A DNA stretch of 64,000 nucleotides from Blastocatellia bacterium (GTDB lineage: Bacteria; Acidobacteriota; Blastocatellia; HR10; J050): the NCBI GenBank assembly GCA_026985075.1, contig JALSQX010000020.1, positions 158,966 through 222,965 on the forward strand, read 5' to 3'. Each line of letters begins with the position of its first letter. The stretch's first letter is position 1. Under the pieces are notes generated by a model, which was not told the DNA's origin, made no database searches, and was given only the letters and a program-made list of their open reading frames with translations. Made by a program: the position numbers and the translations under genes. Shown one piece after another: positions 53,076-63,316 of the stretch.

Positions 53076-53728
53076 CGGTGACACACAGAGCAATCGGTCA
53101 ATCTCTCTTTGGGAATGTGATATTCCTTGATGAGTTTTCGGCCCAGGGCGAGTTGATCGCCGGTCGGCTTCCAGTGGAGATTGAACACCTCTTCGCGCGG
53201 ACGGAGATAGCGTTCCGGCTGACGATGACATTGCAAGCACCACTCCATGCGGAGGGTGTTCACCGCCCACATCAACGGCATCTCATCAACCTGTCCATGG
53301 CAGGTCACACAGCCGACACCCTTGTTGACATGAATGCTGTGATCGAAATAGACGAATTCGGGCAGATCATGGACGCGCACCCACTGGAGCGGTTTGCCCG
53401 TCCGCCAGCTCTCCCGCACCGGTTCTAACATGGCGGCATCCTTATGAATCTGGGAATGGCAGGTCATGCAGGTTTCTACCGGAGGGAGTCCGGCAAACCG
53501 ACTCTCCTCTGCCGTGGTGTGACAATACCGACAATCGATGCCGAGTTGACCAACATGATGTCGGTGACTGAAGGGCACCGGTTGCTCGCGAGGAACATTC
53601 ACCCGCGTCACATAAGATGACCGGTCGATGGCCGCCAGCACCGTGGTCAGAATGGCCAGGACGACCACCGCCCCGACGATGCTCAGCTTGGCAATGACGT
53701 TGAAGCTTCGATGAAAAATCTGAGCCAT
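53072..53728 (-). CDS. actA: Alternative complex III pentahaem cytochrome c subunit ActA
   Basis: Five CxxCH motifs are present (CRYCH, CMTCH, CVTCH, CLQCH, CSVCH) after an N-terminal TM anchor. Confidence 0.85.
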
Positions 53729-53969
53729 CTCACCCTCTCCGCCAAAGTGGCACTGTTCGCCTTACGTCATTCCGTTCAAAAATACGCCCGCGAATAAAAA
53801 GGCCTGGCGCGAAGGAGGCACTCTCCAGGAGCGAGTCTCTCGACCAGCGCGGTCACGCTCATTTTCCCTCAGGTACTTGATTGTTCGACTGATGATGAAC
53901 ACTCGCCGCCTTCGCTCACCCCGTCCAAATCTTCATTCTTTATTTGATGACCTCAGTCAAATAGGCGGA

Positions 53970-53998
53970 AGTATAGCAAAGAAGCCCAGGCAAGTAAA
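53970..53998 (-). promoter_or_regulatory. Candidate promoter for the act operon, followed by an untranslated leader of about 240 nt
   Basis: On the minus strand: -35 TTTACT (53993..53998), a 17-bp spacer, -10 TATACT (53970..53975). It lies in an AT-rich 500-bp intergenic region. Confidence 0.3.
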
Positions 53999-54227
53999 GA
54001 GATGTTTTTGACCTCGCGTTCACGGAGAACCTTCCATCAGCGTGAAGGTATTTCTACCGATCAGTCCCCGATAGGGAGGGATGAACGGGGGCAGAACGCC
54101 GCATCGGTCGTTGAAATGGGGGATCGAATCCGGACGCGTCCTGGTTGATTTCGGGAACACCGTGAGGCAGGAGTGAGCGGAGCGAGGATCGAGCTGGGCC
54201 GATCCCGGTCGATCCTCGCCGCCGGAG

Positions 54228-54902
54228 CTAGTGTTTGCCCGGATCGAGGGGCACGCCTCTCCGCTGATAGGTGATGTACGCTTCCAGGGCCAACATCCGG
54301 GGATCGTCGAGAGCCAACGGTTTCCCTTTGACTGGATTCTCGATGCACCAGTTGATCATATCGCGGAGAGCGGCCACCCGCTTCAACTGCGTTTGGAATT
54401 TGGGGTAGGTCTCCGGGTGCGTATTGGCGGCGTCCGGATGACACATATCGCAGGAGATGCCGATGGTTCCGCCGATGGCCTTCCAGTCGTGAAACAGACG
54501 ACGACCTTCCTCCACCAATCGCTTCTGCTCCCGTTGCCAGATCAATCGATCTCGTCGCGTCCACTTGGACGCCTGCTTGGCCTGTTGCTGAGCGTAGCGC
54601 GCCATCAGGCGACGGGCGACCAGGCGGGCCTTCTCCGGGGGCAGGACCTCTCCCTCGCGGACATCGGCGATCTCCATCTGGGTGCGCCCATCGCAGAGTT
54701 GAACGACCAGGTGACCGTCTTCGCTCTGGGGCTGTGGATGTTGGGATGGCGGGCGCTGTTGAGCGGCAGCCAGCGGGATGATATCCGTCACGACGTTCAA
54801 CCAGCTCCCCGGCGCCGCGCTATCGGACGACAGGGGCCACAGCCCACACCAACCGATGATGAACGCGCCCATGATGATCAGCTTGACATGTCGTATTCTC
54901 AT
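54228..54902 (-). CDS. Secreted monohaem c-type cytochrome (single CDMCH), unknown function
   Basis: A signal peptide (MRIRHVKLIIMGAFIIGWCG) and a Gln/Pro-rich linker precede a C-terminal cytochrome c fold. The ATG at 54902 follows a GGGAGGA RBS. Confidence 0.6.
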   Translation of the reverse strand: MRIRHVKLIIMGAFIIGWCGLWPLSSDSAAPGSWLNVVTDIIPLAAAQQRPPSQHPQPQSEDGHLVVQLCDGRTQMEIADVREGEVLPPEKARLVARRLMARYAQQQAKQASKWTRRDRLIWQREQKRLVEEGRRLFHDWKAIGGTIGISCDMCHPDAANTHPETYPKFQTQLKRVAALRDMINWCIENPVKGKPLALDDPRMLALEAYITYQRRGVPLDPGKH

Positions 54903-54938
54903 GGCATCCTCCCTCATCGCGTGCTGGATCTCAAGGTT

Positions 54939-56066
54939 TCAGTACGATGGAAACTGCGGTGCCGGTGGCCGGGCTTCTTTGCCCCAGGATTCCAGATAGG
55001 CCTTGGCCACGGTGATAGGATTCCGGCTCCACAGGTTATAATGCTTGTCCACGTACCCGCTCCCATACACATCTACTGTCCCATCGCCCGTCCCATCGGC
55101 CTCATCGAACGGATCGGCGCGATCCATCTGCACGGTGAGCTTGGGCAGACCCTCGGGCGCGTAAGGCCATGGCCAGGCTGTGGAGAGCATGCCGTGGAAG
55201 TGGATATTCCTGATCCGATTGGTCAACAACTGGTGCGTATGCCCGTGAATGACGGTGACCGATCGGTAGGGGAAAAGAATCTCCTGCACCGCCTCGGCAT
55301 CTTCGGTCCAGAAGTTCCAGGGGCGGTAGTACTTATACAGCGGCGAGTGAGAGAAGACGATGATGGGCGTCTCTGGAGAAACGTTGGCCAGATCCCGCCT
55401 CAACCACTCGCGTCCCTCGGGACCGACTTCGAACCGGCTCTGAATGGGATTATCCAACCCGGCCACCGTCTTCATCCGCTCCATCGGCGTCATGTTTCGC
55501 GCCGTCCAGAAGTCCTTCTCGTTGACGCTCATCAAGACGATGAAGTGAATGCCCTTATGATCGAAGGAATAGTTGGGCGGGCCGAATAGTTCCTGCCATT
55601 TTTCTCCCATGTCCAGGAACCAATCGTGTTCGCCGACCATCATCTTCACCGGCGCTTTCAATTCGCTCAGAATCTGTTTGCCCAGTTCGAGTTCTTGAGG
55701 TTGACCGAGTTGCGCCAGGTCGCCGCCGAACAGCACGAAGTCGGGTTGAGGATCGAGCGCATTGACATCTTCGACGGCGCGCATGGCCGCTTTGACGAAT
55801 CGTTCGTTCAACCGGCGCTCATAAAGATGCGTGTCGGAAATGTAAGCGAACTGAAACAGCGGCTTCTCATCCTCGCTGGCCCGCACGACATCGACCAGTT
55901 GGAACGAATGGGGCGGCAGGACCGTCTTGGCCGTGGTCACGGCGGCGGCCATACCCGCCACCTTGAGGAACGCGCGGCGGTCAAGGCGCTTGACGGCAGC
56001 GAAGAAGTCGGCCCGCTCCTGGCGGTACTGTTGTTCGCGTTGTTTCCATTTCAATGGCCACATCAT
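54939..56066 (-). CDS. Tat-exported calcineurin-like metallophosphoesterase
   Basis: It carries a Tat motif (DRRAFLKVAGMAAAVTTA) and MPE motifs (ISDTHL, GGDL, GEHD). The ATG at 56066 follows a GGGAGG RBS. Confidence 0.75.
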   Translation of the reverse strand: MMWPLKWKQREQQYRQERADFFAAVKRLDRRAFLKVAGMAAAVTTAKTVLPPHSFQLVDVVRASEDEKPLFQFAYISDTHLYERRLNERFVKAAMRAVEDVNALDPQPDFVLFGGDLAQLGQPQELELGKQILSELKAPVKMMVGEHDWFLDMGEKWQELFGPPNYSFDHKGIHFIVLMSVNEKDFWTARNMTPMERMKTVAGLDNPIQSRFEVGPEGREWLRRDLANVSPETPIIVFSHSPLYKYYRPWNFWTEDAEAVQEILFPYRSVTVIHGHTHQLLTNRIRNIHFHGMLSTAWPWPYAPEGLPKLTVQMDRADPFDEADGTGDGTVDVYGSGYVDKHYNLWSRNPITVAKAYLESWGKEARPPAPQFPSY

Positions 56067-56139
56067 GCACCTCCCTGGTGAGGTTTCGTCGGCGATTCGC
56101 CTTTCGAGTCGCGTTTCATCGCTGACGATTCCGGTTCGC

Positions 56140-57351
56140 TCATTTTCCCGGGGCGATGGTGATCTCTCCTCGGGCCAGCGCCCGGGCATAGGTGCTGGTC
56201 AATGTTCTGAGGAACGCCTCCAGATCGTTCATCTCCTGTTCGGTCAGATGAAGCTCGATGATGCCCCCGTCGAGGTTGGGATTCGGTTCGCCGCCTTTGT
56301 TGTAGAATTCGATGACCTCGCGCAACGTCTTCATGCTTCCATCGTGCATGTAGGGACCGGTCAACGCGACATCCCGGAGCGGCGGCGTCTTGAAGGCGCC
56401 CACGTCCTTAGGCTGTCGCGTGACGAGGAAGCGTCCCAATTCGGAGAAGCCTTCGGCGAGCGAGAGCTTATCGAGTTCGGCCGCGGTGAGCTCTCCACGT
56501 TCGGCCAGTTGCTGCACGCGCCGGGCGAGCGTCTCGAAGTTCTTCGTCGCTTTCATGCCCACGCCGATATTGTGATATTTGAAATCGGTGAAGAACGGCG
56601 ACGAAGGGTTGAACTCGTGACAGGTGATGCAGCGTGCTTTCCCTTTGAACAGTTCCCAGCCCCGTTTGGCCGCCGCGCTGATCGCCTTCTCATCCCCAGC
56701 GATGAACCGGTCGAACGGAGCATCGCCCGACAGTTGAGTCCGTTCGAAGGCGGCGATGGCCTGGACGATATGATCGATGGTGATGGGATCTGTGCCCCCG
56801 AACACTTCTCGAAACCGCTTCACATACTCGGGGATCTGTTTGAGCTTGGCGACCACGGCCTCGTGCGAGGGCATGGCCATCTCCACCGGATTGACGAGAG
56901 GCTGCTTAGCTTGATCTTCGAGCGTCTTGGCCCGCCCATCCCAGAACTGCTCTTCGTTGAACATGGCGTTGAGAATGGTGGGCGCATTTCGCGCTCCTTT
57001 CTTTCCTCCCACTCCCTCGGAGACCGGCTTCCCATCGGTGAAGGCGCGCCGCGGATCGTGACAGGTCGCACAACTGACGGTGTTATCGGCAGACAAACGG
57101 GTATCGAAATAGAGGGCCTTGCCGAGGGCGACTTTGGCCTCGGTCATGGGATTGTCCTCGGGGATCATCAATTCCCATAAATCGGCGGGAATGCCGAGAG
57201 GGAACGTCATCTGGAATTCTTTCGCCTGACCGGCCGCCCACGCCGGCCAGGAGAGCGAACCCGGAGAGCGCCCGGATGAAGTCCCCAGGAGGGCGATCAG
57301 TCCCATGACGAGCATCACCATCTTCACCCTGCGGAGAGATCGTCGTCTCAT
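56140..57351 (-). CDS. Di-haem cytochrome c peroxidase (CCP/MauG family)
   Basis: A signal peptide is followed by two haem motifs (CATCH, CITCH) and FYNKGG. The ATG at 57351 follows an AAGGGGA RBS. Confidence 0.85.
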   Translation of the reverse strand: MRRRSLRRVKMVMLVMGLIALLGTSSGRSPGSLSWPAWAAGQAKEFQMTFPLGIPADLWELMIPEDNPMTEAKVALGKALYFDTRLSADNTVSCATCHDPRRAFTDGKPVSEGVGGKKGARNAPTILNAMFNEEQFWDGRAKTLEDQAKQPLVNPVEMAMPSHEAVVAKLKQIPEYVKRFREVFGGTDPITIDHIVQAIAAFERTQLSGDAPFDRFIAGDEKAISAAAKRGWELFKGKARCITCHEFNPSSPFFTDFKYHNIGVGMKATKNFETLARRVQQLAERGELTAAELDKLSLAEGFSELGRFLVTRQPKDVGAFKTPPLRDVALTGPYMHDGSMKTLREVIEFYNKGGEPNPNLDGGIIELHLTEQEMNDLEAFLRTLTSTYARALARGEITIAPGK

Positions 57352-57593
57352 CGCTTCATCCCCTTCACCGCATCGACGAGCCGCGGCACCAACGCCGATT
57401 CCGCGTTGCTCCATCGACGCGTCTTCTGGTACGTTTTTTCCTCGTTCTTCACTGGGTTATCACAACTGACGGCGCGTTTTATTCCCGAAAAATTTCTTCG
57501 GGGAATAATCGGGCGCTTCGATTGTGATACTGGGTGAGGGGTGCTTCTCCTCGTCGCCACCGACGAGGGCAGTGATCGTTGAGCGAGAAAGGG

Positions 57594-58154
57594 ATGATCC
57601 AGCACGAGGCGGAGCCACTGAAGTCACGAAATGTCGATCAGGAGGTGCTGGCATACCTCGACGCCCTCTATGGCTATGCGATGTCATTGGTGCGAAATCC
57701 AACCGAAGCCGAGGATCTGGTGCAAGAAGCCTGCTTGCGAGCCCTCAAAAGCGCCCGGCGACATCCTCCCACCGGCGATCTGAAAGCGTGGCTGTTCACT
57801 ATCTTGCGCAACCTGTGGATCAACCACCAGAGACGGCGGCAGCGCGGACCCGAGTTCATCTCTCTGGGCGCTGAGAGCGACGAACAGGAACTCCCTCTGG
57901 ACGGGATGACCGATCACCGACATCGTCCGGACCGACTGCTGGACCGCAGCTTGCTTCAAGCGAACATTCGAGCCGCCATCGAGAGCCTTCCGGCCATCTT
58001 CCGCGAAATCATTCTCCTGCGTTACGTGGAGGGATTCAGCTACAACCAGATCGCCGGCATTCTTGGCTGCCCGGCGGGAACGGTGATGTCGCGTCTCAAT
58101 CGGGCTCGGGCGGCGCTTCGTCAACGACTGTTGGTCAGTGACCGAGGACCATGA
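57594..58154 (+). CDS. ECF-subfamily RNA polymerase sigma factor (sigma-70 regions 2 and 4)
   Basis: Region 2 (LVQEACLRALK ... WLFTILRNLWINH) and region 4 (LRYVEGFSYNQIAGILGCPAGTVMSRL) are both recognisable. The ATG at 57594 follows GAGAAAGGG. Confidence 0.85.
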   Translation: MIQHEAEPLKSRNVDQEVLAYLDALYGYAMSLVRNPTEAEDLVQEACLRALKSARRHPPTGDLKAWLFTILRNLWINHQRRRQRGPEFISLGAESDEQELPLDGMTDHRHRPDRLLDRSLLQANIRAAIESLPAIFREIILLRYVEGFSYNQIAGILGCPAGTVMSRLNRARAALRQRLLVSDRGP

Positions 58155-59008
58155 CTGGTGAGGGAGAGGCAACGGTGAGCGATCACGTCATCGACCACAT
58201 CACGCTCTATCTGGACGACGAGCTGCAGGAGGAAGAGCGCGTCGCCTTCGAGGCGCACGTCCATCAGTGCCCCGAGTGTTGGGCGCGGCTGGAGGAGGAG
58301 CGTGAATTGGTGATGGCGATTCGCCAGGCTGCCGCGCCGCCTTGCGCTCCCCAATATTTGCGAGCGCGCATTGAAGCCATGCTCGGCCGCTCGTCGCTCA
58401 GGGATGGTGTGAGGAATATTCGTCTCTGGCTTCCCCTCGCCGCAGCGGCCATGGTGATCATGAGCGTGATGGCGTGGCTGGCGATGCGATCTGGCCCTCG
58501 CTCCACCGCTCAACCCTCCGCTTTCGCCCGCCTGGCTGTGGATACCCACCAGAGATACACGCGCGGCCAACTCCCGCTGGAGATCACCAGCCGTTCGCCA
58601 CAGGAGATCTCCAACTGGTTTGCCGGGAAGCTCCCCTTCAATCTCAAGCTCCCGGACTACCCCGAAGGCCCCGGTCAGTCGAAGCCCTACGAGGTGGTGG
58701 GTGCGCGACTGATCGGATTCCAGCAGGATTACGCGGCGTACGTGGCCTATCGCCTGCGCCAACGCCCCATCTCGCTCCTGGTGACCTCCGAGACGGTCGC
58801 CCAACCCACCGGCGGCGAGGAGATCGCCTGGCGGGGATTGCGATTTCACTTTGACGCCATCGACGGCTGGAAAGTGCTCACCTGGTCAGATAACGGCCTC
58901 ACCTATGCCCTGGTGTCCGACTTCGAGGAACGCGGCCAAGCCTCCTGTATCGTGTGCCATCCCGGAGCGCAGGATCGGCCAATGCTGGAGGGATTGAATC
59001 GGCGATGA
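58151..59008 (+). CDS. Zinc-finger (ZAS-type) anti-sigma factor with TM helix and periplasmic domain
   Basis: The HxxxCxxC motif (HVHQCPECW) and one TM helix are present. Its start overlaps the sigma factor stop (ATGA). Confidence 0.7.
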   Translation: MTGEGEATVSDHVIDHITLYLDDELQEEERVAFEAHVHQCPECWARLEEERELVMAIRQAAAPPCAPQYLRARIEAMLGRSSLRDGVRNIRLWLPLAAAAMVIMSVMAWLAMRSGPRSTAQPSAFARLAVDTHQRYTRGQLPLEITSRSPQEISNWFAGKLPFNLKLPDYPEGPGQSKPYEVVGARLIGFQQDYAAYVAYRLRQRPISLLVTSETVAQPTGGEEIAWRGLRFHFDAIDGWKVLTWSDNGLTYALVSDFEERGQASCIVCHPGAQDRPMLEGLNRR

Positions 59009-59178
59009 TCCGACGATGACATCTCTTATGTCTCGCCCACCGTCGAGCTGAAAAAACCACCGCGGAGGCACAGAGAACGCAGAGATCCTGCAACAGGCTC
59101 TTTTCATCCCCTCGATGTGGCTCGAGCGCGCCATAGGCGACTCCCTCGATGGTCACAGACGGAGAGCGCCTCTATTCG

Positions 59179-62100
59179 TCATTGGAACGCCACGGAGGAT
59201 GGACGAGGCTTCTCTGAAGCCGTCACCGGCGACTGGGGAGTGGCCGGAGAACGCGACGGGCTGCGAAGTCGTCCGATGCCTCGTCGCTCCCACTTGAGAT
59301 ACTGAGTGGCGACGGCGTGAATTTTCTGGCCGGTGAGCTGATGAAGCCGCTCGGCGTAATGCTCGACGTCAACCGGGCGCTCACCGAGGAAGACGTGCCG
59401 CGCGTAAGCGAGTACGCGGGCCGGATGGGCTTGCAGGCGATCGCGCTGAGCGCCGATGGCGGCATTGATGCCCAACGTCACCATTTCCTCTTCGATGGGA
59501 CCGGCCACCAGCCACTGCAGGTGACGCTGTACCTCAGCGAGCACTTCTGCTTCATCGGTCGCACTCGGCGTCATCCAAACGAAAAAGGCGCTGGCCAGCG
59601 CGCGGGGATCGAACCGGGCGCCCACCCGATAAGCCCATCCGTGGCGATCGCTCAACGACGCGGTCAATCGACCGCCGGGTCCAACGAGGATCTGCTCGAT
59701 GACGTCGAAAATCTCTCGCTCGACGACTTGATGAGCGGGCACGAGGAATCCGATGGCCAGCGCTGGCATCCGAGACGTCGCCGTCTGCTGGCGAGGAGCG
59801 GGTTGGAGTTGAGGAATCCGGGCGCGAAACGTCCGTTGAATCTCGCGGCGATGAAACTGGCGAGCGATGATCGTCGAGATGAGCGTCGATCCATCGGTAT
59901 CTCCTACGACGATCACCAGCGGATATTGACGGCCGATCGTCTGACGGTGCCAGTCTCGCAACCGCTCGGGCGTCAGTTGCTCGACGGTCTCCACCCGTCC
60001 CCATGGAGGCACGCTATAGCTATGCTCACCGACCAGTGCGCGCCAGGCCAGATCGACCGGTCGGGGGGAGCGATGGCGGAGTTCGTAAAGGAGTTCGGCG
60101 CGGGCCCGCTCGACCTCGGCCTCGTCAAACAGGGGGCGTTCCACAATGTCGACGAGCAACTGCAAGGCCTGATCCTGATTGCGCGATAAGACGTGGAGGA
60201 TGAACCCGAAGAAATCCGGCTCGTTCACCCATTGGAGTTCACCGCCTAACTGCTCCAGCTTCATGATCACCTGTCCGGCCGGGAGCGTCACTTCCTGGCC
60301 GCGTTTCAGCTCCTCTCCGGTTTGATAATCCCAGTGGCTCTTGACGCCGCGCCACATGGTGCGCAACATGAGCTCGGTAATGCCATAGTTAGTGGCATCT
60401 TCGAATAAGCGCCCTCCATGAAAAAAGAGGCCCATGGCGATGGTGGGACGCGATTGATCGACGCGCACGTAGGCGCGCGCTCCGTGCAGCACCGAATAAT
60501 TACGGATCGGCTCCGGCTGCGGAGAGAAGATCACCGCCTCCAGTTCCTCACCCGGTCGCCGGCGCTGTCCCTGCCGAATGAGGGGCACGGCCGGCGCCCG
60601 CTTCGCCCGAGCCGCCGAGATCGCTTCATCAAGGCCGGGAACTTTGCTCGCGATCCACTGAGCGAACGTCTCACCGGTCACTCCCTGGGCGGCGACCCGC
60701 CGAGGTAAAACTTCATAGACCGTCGTCCGGGAGAGCGTCAAATACCGGGCCGCTGCGCGGCGTACCTGCTCGGCGGTCACGGCGCGCATCCGTTCCAGGA
60801 CGCGGTCAGCCTCTCGGTAATCGCCGACGGTTGCTTCAGCGACGGCCAGATCTTCGGCCTCTTGCTCCAGACGGGCGCGCCGATCATAAAAGGCGTGCTC
60901 CAGGAGCGCTTGAGCGCGCTGAAGCTCGCCCGGAGAGAGAATCTCGCGCCGCAGGCGCTGAATGGCTTCGAAGAAGACAATTTCAGCCTGGTTGAGATTG
61001 TCCGGAGGCACGCGAAGTTGAAACGTCCACAGCTCCCTGTTGCCGAACTCGATCCTCCGCATGAAGATCTCGCGGACGAGGGGATTGGTTTCCTGAAGCG
61101 CCCAGCGCAATCGCGCCCCGCGACCCGTCATGAGCACCGCCGCCAAGACATCGAGTGCCGGACGATCCGCCGTTCTCACTTCATCGAACCAATAGCCGAT
61201 ATTGAGCAGAGCGGGATCGATCTCGGCGATGCGCTGAGCATACCGGAGTTGCTCTCTGGCCGGCTGCTCGCCCGCCGCCGCCTCCCTCGCTTCCCCACTC
61301 GACTTGGATTTCTGAGCCGTCGATGGCATCTGGTGAGGCTTCTCGCCCCGCTCCTCATCCCCCCTCTCCAGGCCGGGACGCACCGGCCATCCCCCATAGG
61401 CGCGCTGGATCGTCTCCAGGACGGCGAACGGACTGATCGCTCCGACGATGCTGATGACTACGTTCTCCGGCCGATAGCGCGATCGGTAGAAGTCGAGAAC
61501 CTGATCCCGCGTTATCGAGCGCACCTCGCCCCCACCGAGAGCGCGGTCGGCGAGACGATCGCGGAGGATCAACTCCACGAGCGCGGCTTGAGCCCAAACA
61601 GAGGGGGCGGCGAACTCACTCTGACGCTCCTTCTGCATCAATCGAGCCTGACGCTGGACGACCTCCGGCTCGAACAGCGGATGTTGGAGGATGTCTGCCA
61701 GAATCTCAATGGCCGATGTGGCTTTCTCCGGGGAGAGGACGAGCCGATAGCTCGTATACTCGCTGGCGGTGCGCGTCTGAATGACGGCGCCCAGCGCTCG
61801 CAACGCGCGCGCCGCTTGAGATCCCGGACGGGCAGTCGTACCCTGCCAGAGGAGGCGGGCGACCAGCTCGGCGACACCTCGCGCTGAAGCGGGCTCATCC
61901 TGTCGCCCCGCCCGGACGACGGCGGTGATGGCCACCAGCGGCAGGGCGTATTTCTCGCGCACGATGAGGGTGAGTCCGTTGCTCAACGCGAATCGGCTGG
62001 TGGCCGTCCTGGGATCGAGTTCGCGTTTCTTGATCTCACCGCCTGGAGGAATAGGCGCCGACGGCCGCGTCGGCGACGGCTTCTCGGGCGGTTTGGTGGG

Positions 62101-62298
62101 CGGTTTCTTCGTCTCAGTGGGCGGTGGCCTTCGCCGAGTCGGGCGCCGACGGCCACTCTGCGGCCAGCTCCCGGCGGGGAGAACGAGAGCGAACACGATG
62201 AGAAGCGCGACGCCGAGCGTGAGCGTTCTCTTCACCCCCTGAAAAATGGAGCGCACGATGCTATCTTGCGCCACGTCTCTCAACGAGTTCATCCTCAT
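59179..62298 (-). CDS. Membrane-anchored tandem M16 (pitrilysin-fold) protein with both HxxEH zinc sites replaced (predicted non-catalytic)
   Basis: Two M16 + M16_C units are present. The positions equivalent to GxAHxxEHMxFKGT read GVAELVARLLWQGT and GITELMLRTMWRGV. An N-terminal TM helix is followed by a Pro/Lys-rich linker. The ATG at 62298 follows GAGGGG. Confidence 0.7.
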   Translation of the reverse strand: MRMNSLRDVAQDSIVRSIFQGVKRTLTLGVALLIVFALVLPAGSWPQSGRRRPTRRRPPPTETKKPPTKPPEKPSPTRPSAPIPPGGEIKKRELDPRTATSRFALSNGLTLIVREKYALPLVAITAVVRAGRQDEPASARGVAELVARLLWQGTTARPGSQAARALRALGAVIQTRTASEYTSYRLVLSPEKATSAIEILADILQHPLFEPEVVQRQARLMQKERQSEFAAPSVWAQAALVELILRDRLADRALGGGEVRSITRDQVLDFYRSRYRPENVVISIVGAISPFAVLETIQRAYGGWPVRPGLERGDEERGEKPHQMPSTAQKSKSSGEAREAAAGEQPAREQLRYAQRIAEIDPALLNIGYWFDEVRTADRPALDVLAAVLMTGRGARLRWALQETNPLVREIFMRRIEFGNRELWTFQLRVPPDNLNQAEIVFFEAIQRLRREILSPGELQRAQALLEHAFYDRRARLEQEAEDLAVAEATVGDYREADRVLERMRAVTAEQVRRAAARYLTLSRTTVYEVLPRRVAAQGVTGETFAQWIASKVPGLDEAISAARAKRAPAVPLIRQGQRRRPGEELEAVIFSPQPEPIRNYSVLHGARAYVRVDQSRPTIAMGLFFHGGRLFEDATNYGITELMLRTMWRGVKSHWDYQTGEELKRGQEVTLPAGQVIMKLEQLGGELQWVNEPDFFGFILHVLSRNQDQALQLLVDIVERPLFDEAEVERARAELLYELRHRSPRPVDLAWRALVGEHSYSVPPWGRVETVEQLTPERLRDWHRQTIGRQYPLVIVVGDTDGSTLISTIIARQFHRREIQRTFRARIPQLQPAPRQQTATSRMPALAIGFLVPAHQVVEREIFDVIEQILVGPGGRLTASLSDRHGWAYRVGARFDPRALASAFFVWMTPSATDEAEVLAEVQRHLQWLVAGPIEEEMVTLGINAAIGAQRDRLQAHPARVLAYARHVFLGERPVDVEHYAERLHQLTGQKIHAVATQYLKWERRGIGRLRSPSRSPATPQSPVTASEKPRPSSVAFQ

Positions 62299-62598
62299 CC
62301 CCTCGGCGTGGCCCATAGGGTCATGGGTGAGTCCTTTGATCGGTGCTCGCCGGGACGTTCTCCCAGGCCTCGACCGGCGGCTCGGGTCGAACAGCCAGCG
62401 GATCAAAAGTGGGGAAGTATTGGCGGCGCTGCGCCGTTTGGAATTAATGCCCACACCCTAATTGTACCTTTTGGATGAGCGCGGGTCCAGGTGGGCATAT
62501 TCGCCGGATGCATCAATCAAACATTGGGATCTCCTCATTCGAGCGAGGAGGACCATGATCACCGGAGAGCAGCCCTCAGGGCAATGAGCCCCTCCTGC

Positions 62599-63123
62599 TC
62601 AGAAGCGATAAACCACGCCGCCCACCCGCCTACTCAACAGATGCTGAGGAGAACCCGGCAAAGGATAGTAGGGCGTCTCCCCCGTCCGAATGATCTCGTC
62701 GCGCGCTTCCAGCCGCACTCCCAGACGTTCCCGGAAGAAATATTTGATCCCCCCACCCGGTCGGATCACCCATTGGCTCGGAATCTCCGTGGGATCGGTC
62801 GATGTCTTTCCCACGCCCGCCGTGCCGTAGGGAATCGCTCGATGCGTCTCGCTCTGGGAGCGGAAATGATAGACGACGGCCACTTGCGCCCCGATGAAAT
62901 CGTCTCCCTCGATCCAGAACAACTCCAGGGCCCCTTCCACCGCCAGATGATCGGTGAGACTCCTGGTGTAGGCCAATGTCGCGACGGGAATGGAAATGCT
63001 CTGTCCATCGCTCGCCAGACCACCACCGCCCGCCGTCACGCTCACTTCATTTCGCTGCGCCCAGACGCTCATTGGGAGCATCATGAACAACCAGCACATC
63101 GCAAAGATGAATGTCCGCATCAT
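62599..63123 (-). CDS. Small outer-membrane beta-barrel protein (OmpA-like/OmpW-like porin family)
   Basis: A signal peptide (MMRTFIFAMCWLFMMLPMSVWAQ) is followed by alternating amphipathic beta strands and a C-terminal aromatic F. Confidence 0.6.
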   Translation of the reverse strand: MMRTFIFAMCWLFMMLPMSVWAQRNEVSVTAGGGGLASDGQSISIPVATLAYTRSLTDHLAVEGALELFWIEGDDFIGAQVAVVYHFRSQSETHRAIPYGTAGVGKTSTDPTEIPSQWVIRPGGGIKYFFRERLGVRLEARDEIIRTGETPYYPLPGSPQHLLSRRVGGVVYRF

Positions 63124-63316
63124 CCCTCCTCATGCCCCATCTGTTGAGAGAACACGATCCTCCATGCTCGATGTCTCACACCTGCTATCGCTAACCGGCT
63201 TGAAGAGAATACAGAAACCGTTCAGTTCGATTATGACCCCTGCCCCAGTATCACTCTTCAGAGGGCCACTCACTCACTGCACTTCCCGGTGAGCATCATG
63301 CCCGGATTTTCCTCCC

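Noticed and set aside
54231-55589. 452-aa plus-strand ORF (and 54061..54564 minus ORF) across the cyt c / phosphoesterase region
   Set aside because: It is antisense or overlapping relative to genes with clear motifs (CxxCH, Tat-MPE). It is a GC-skew artefact.
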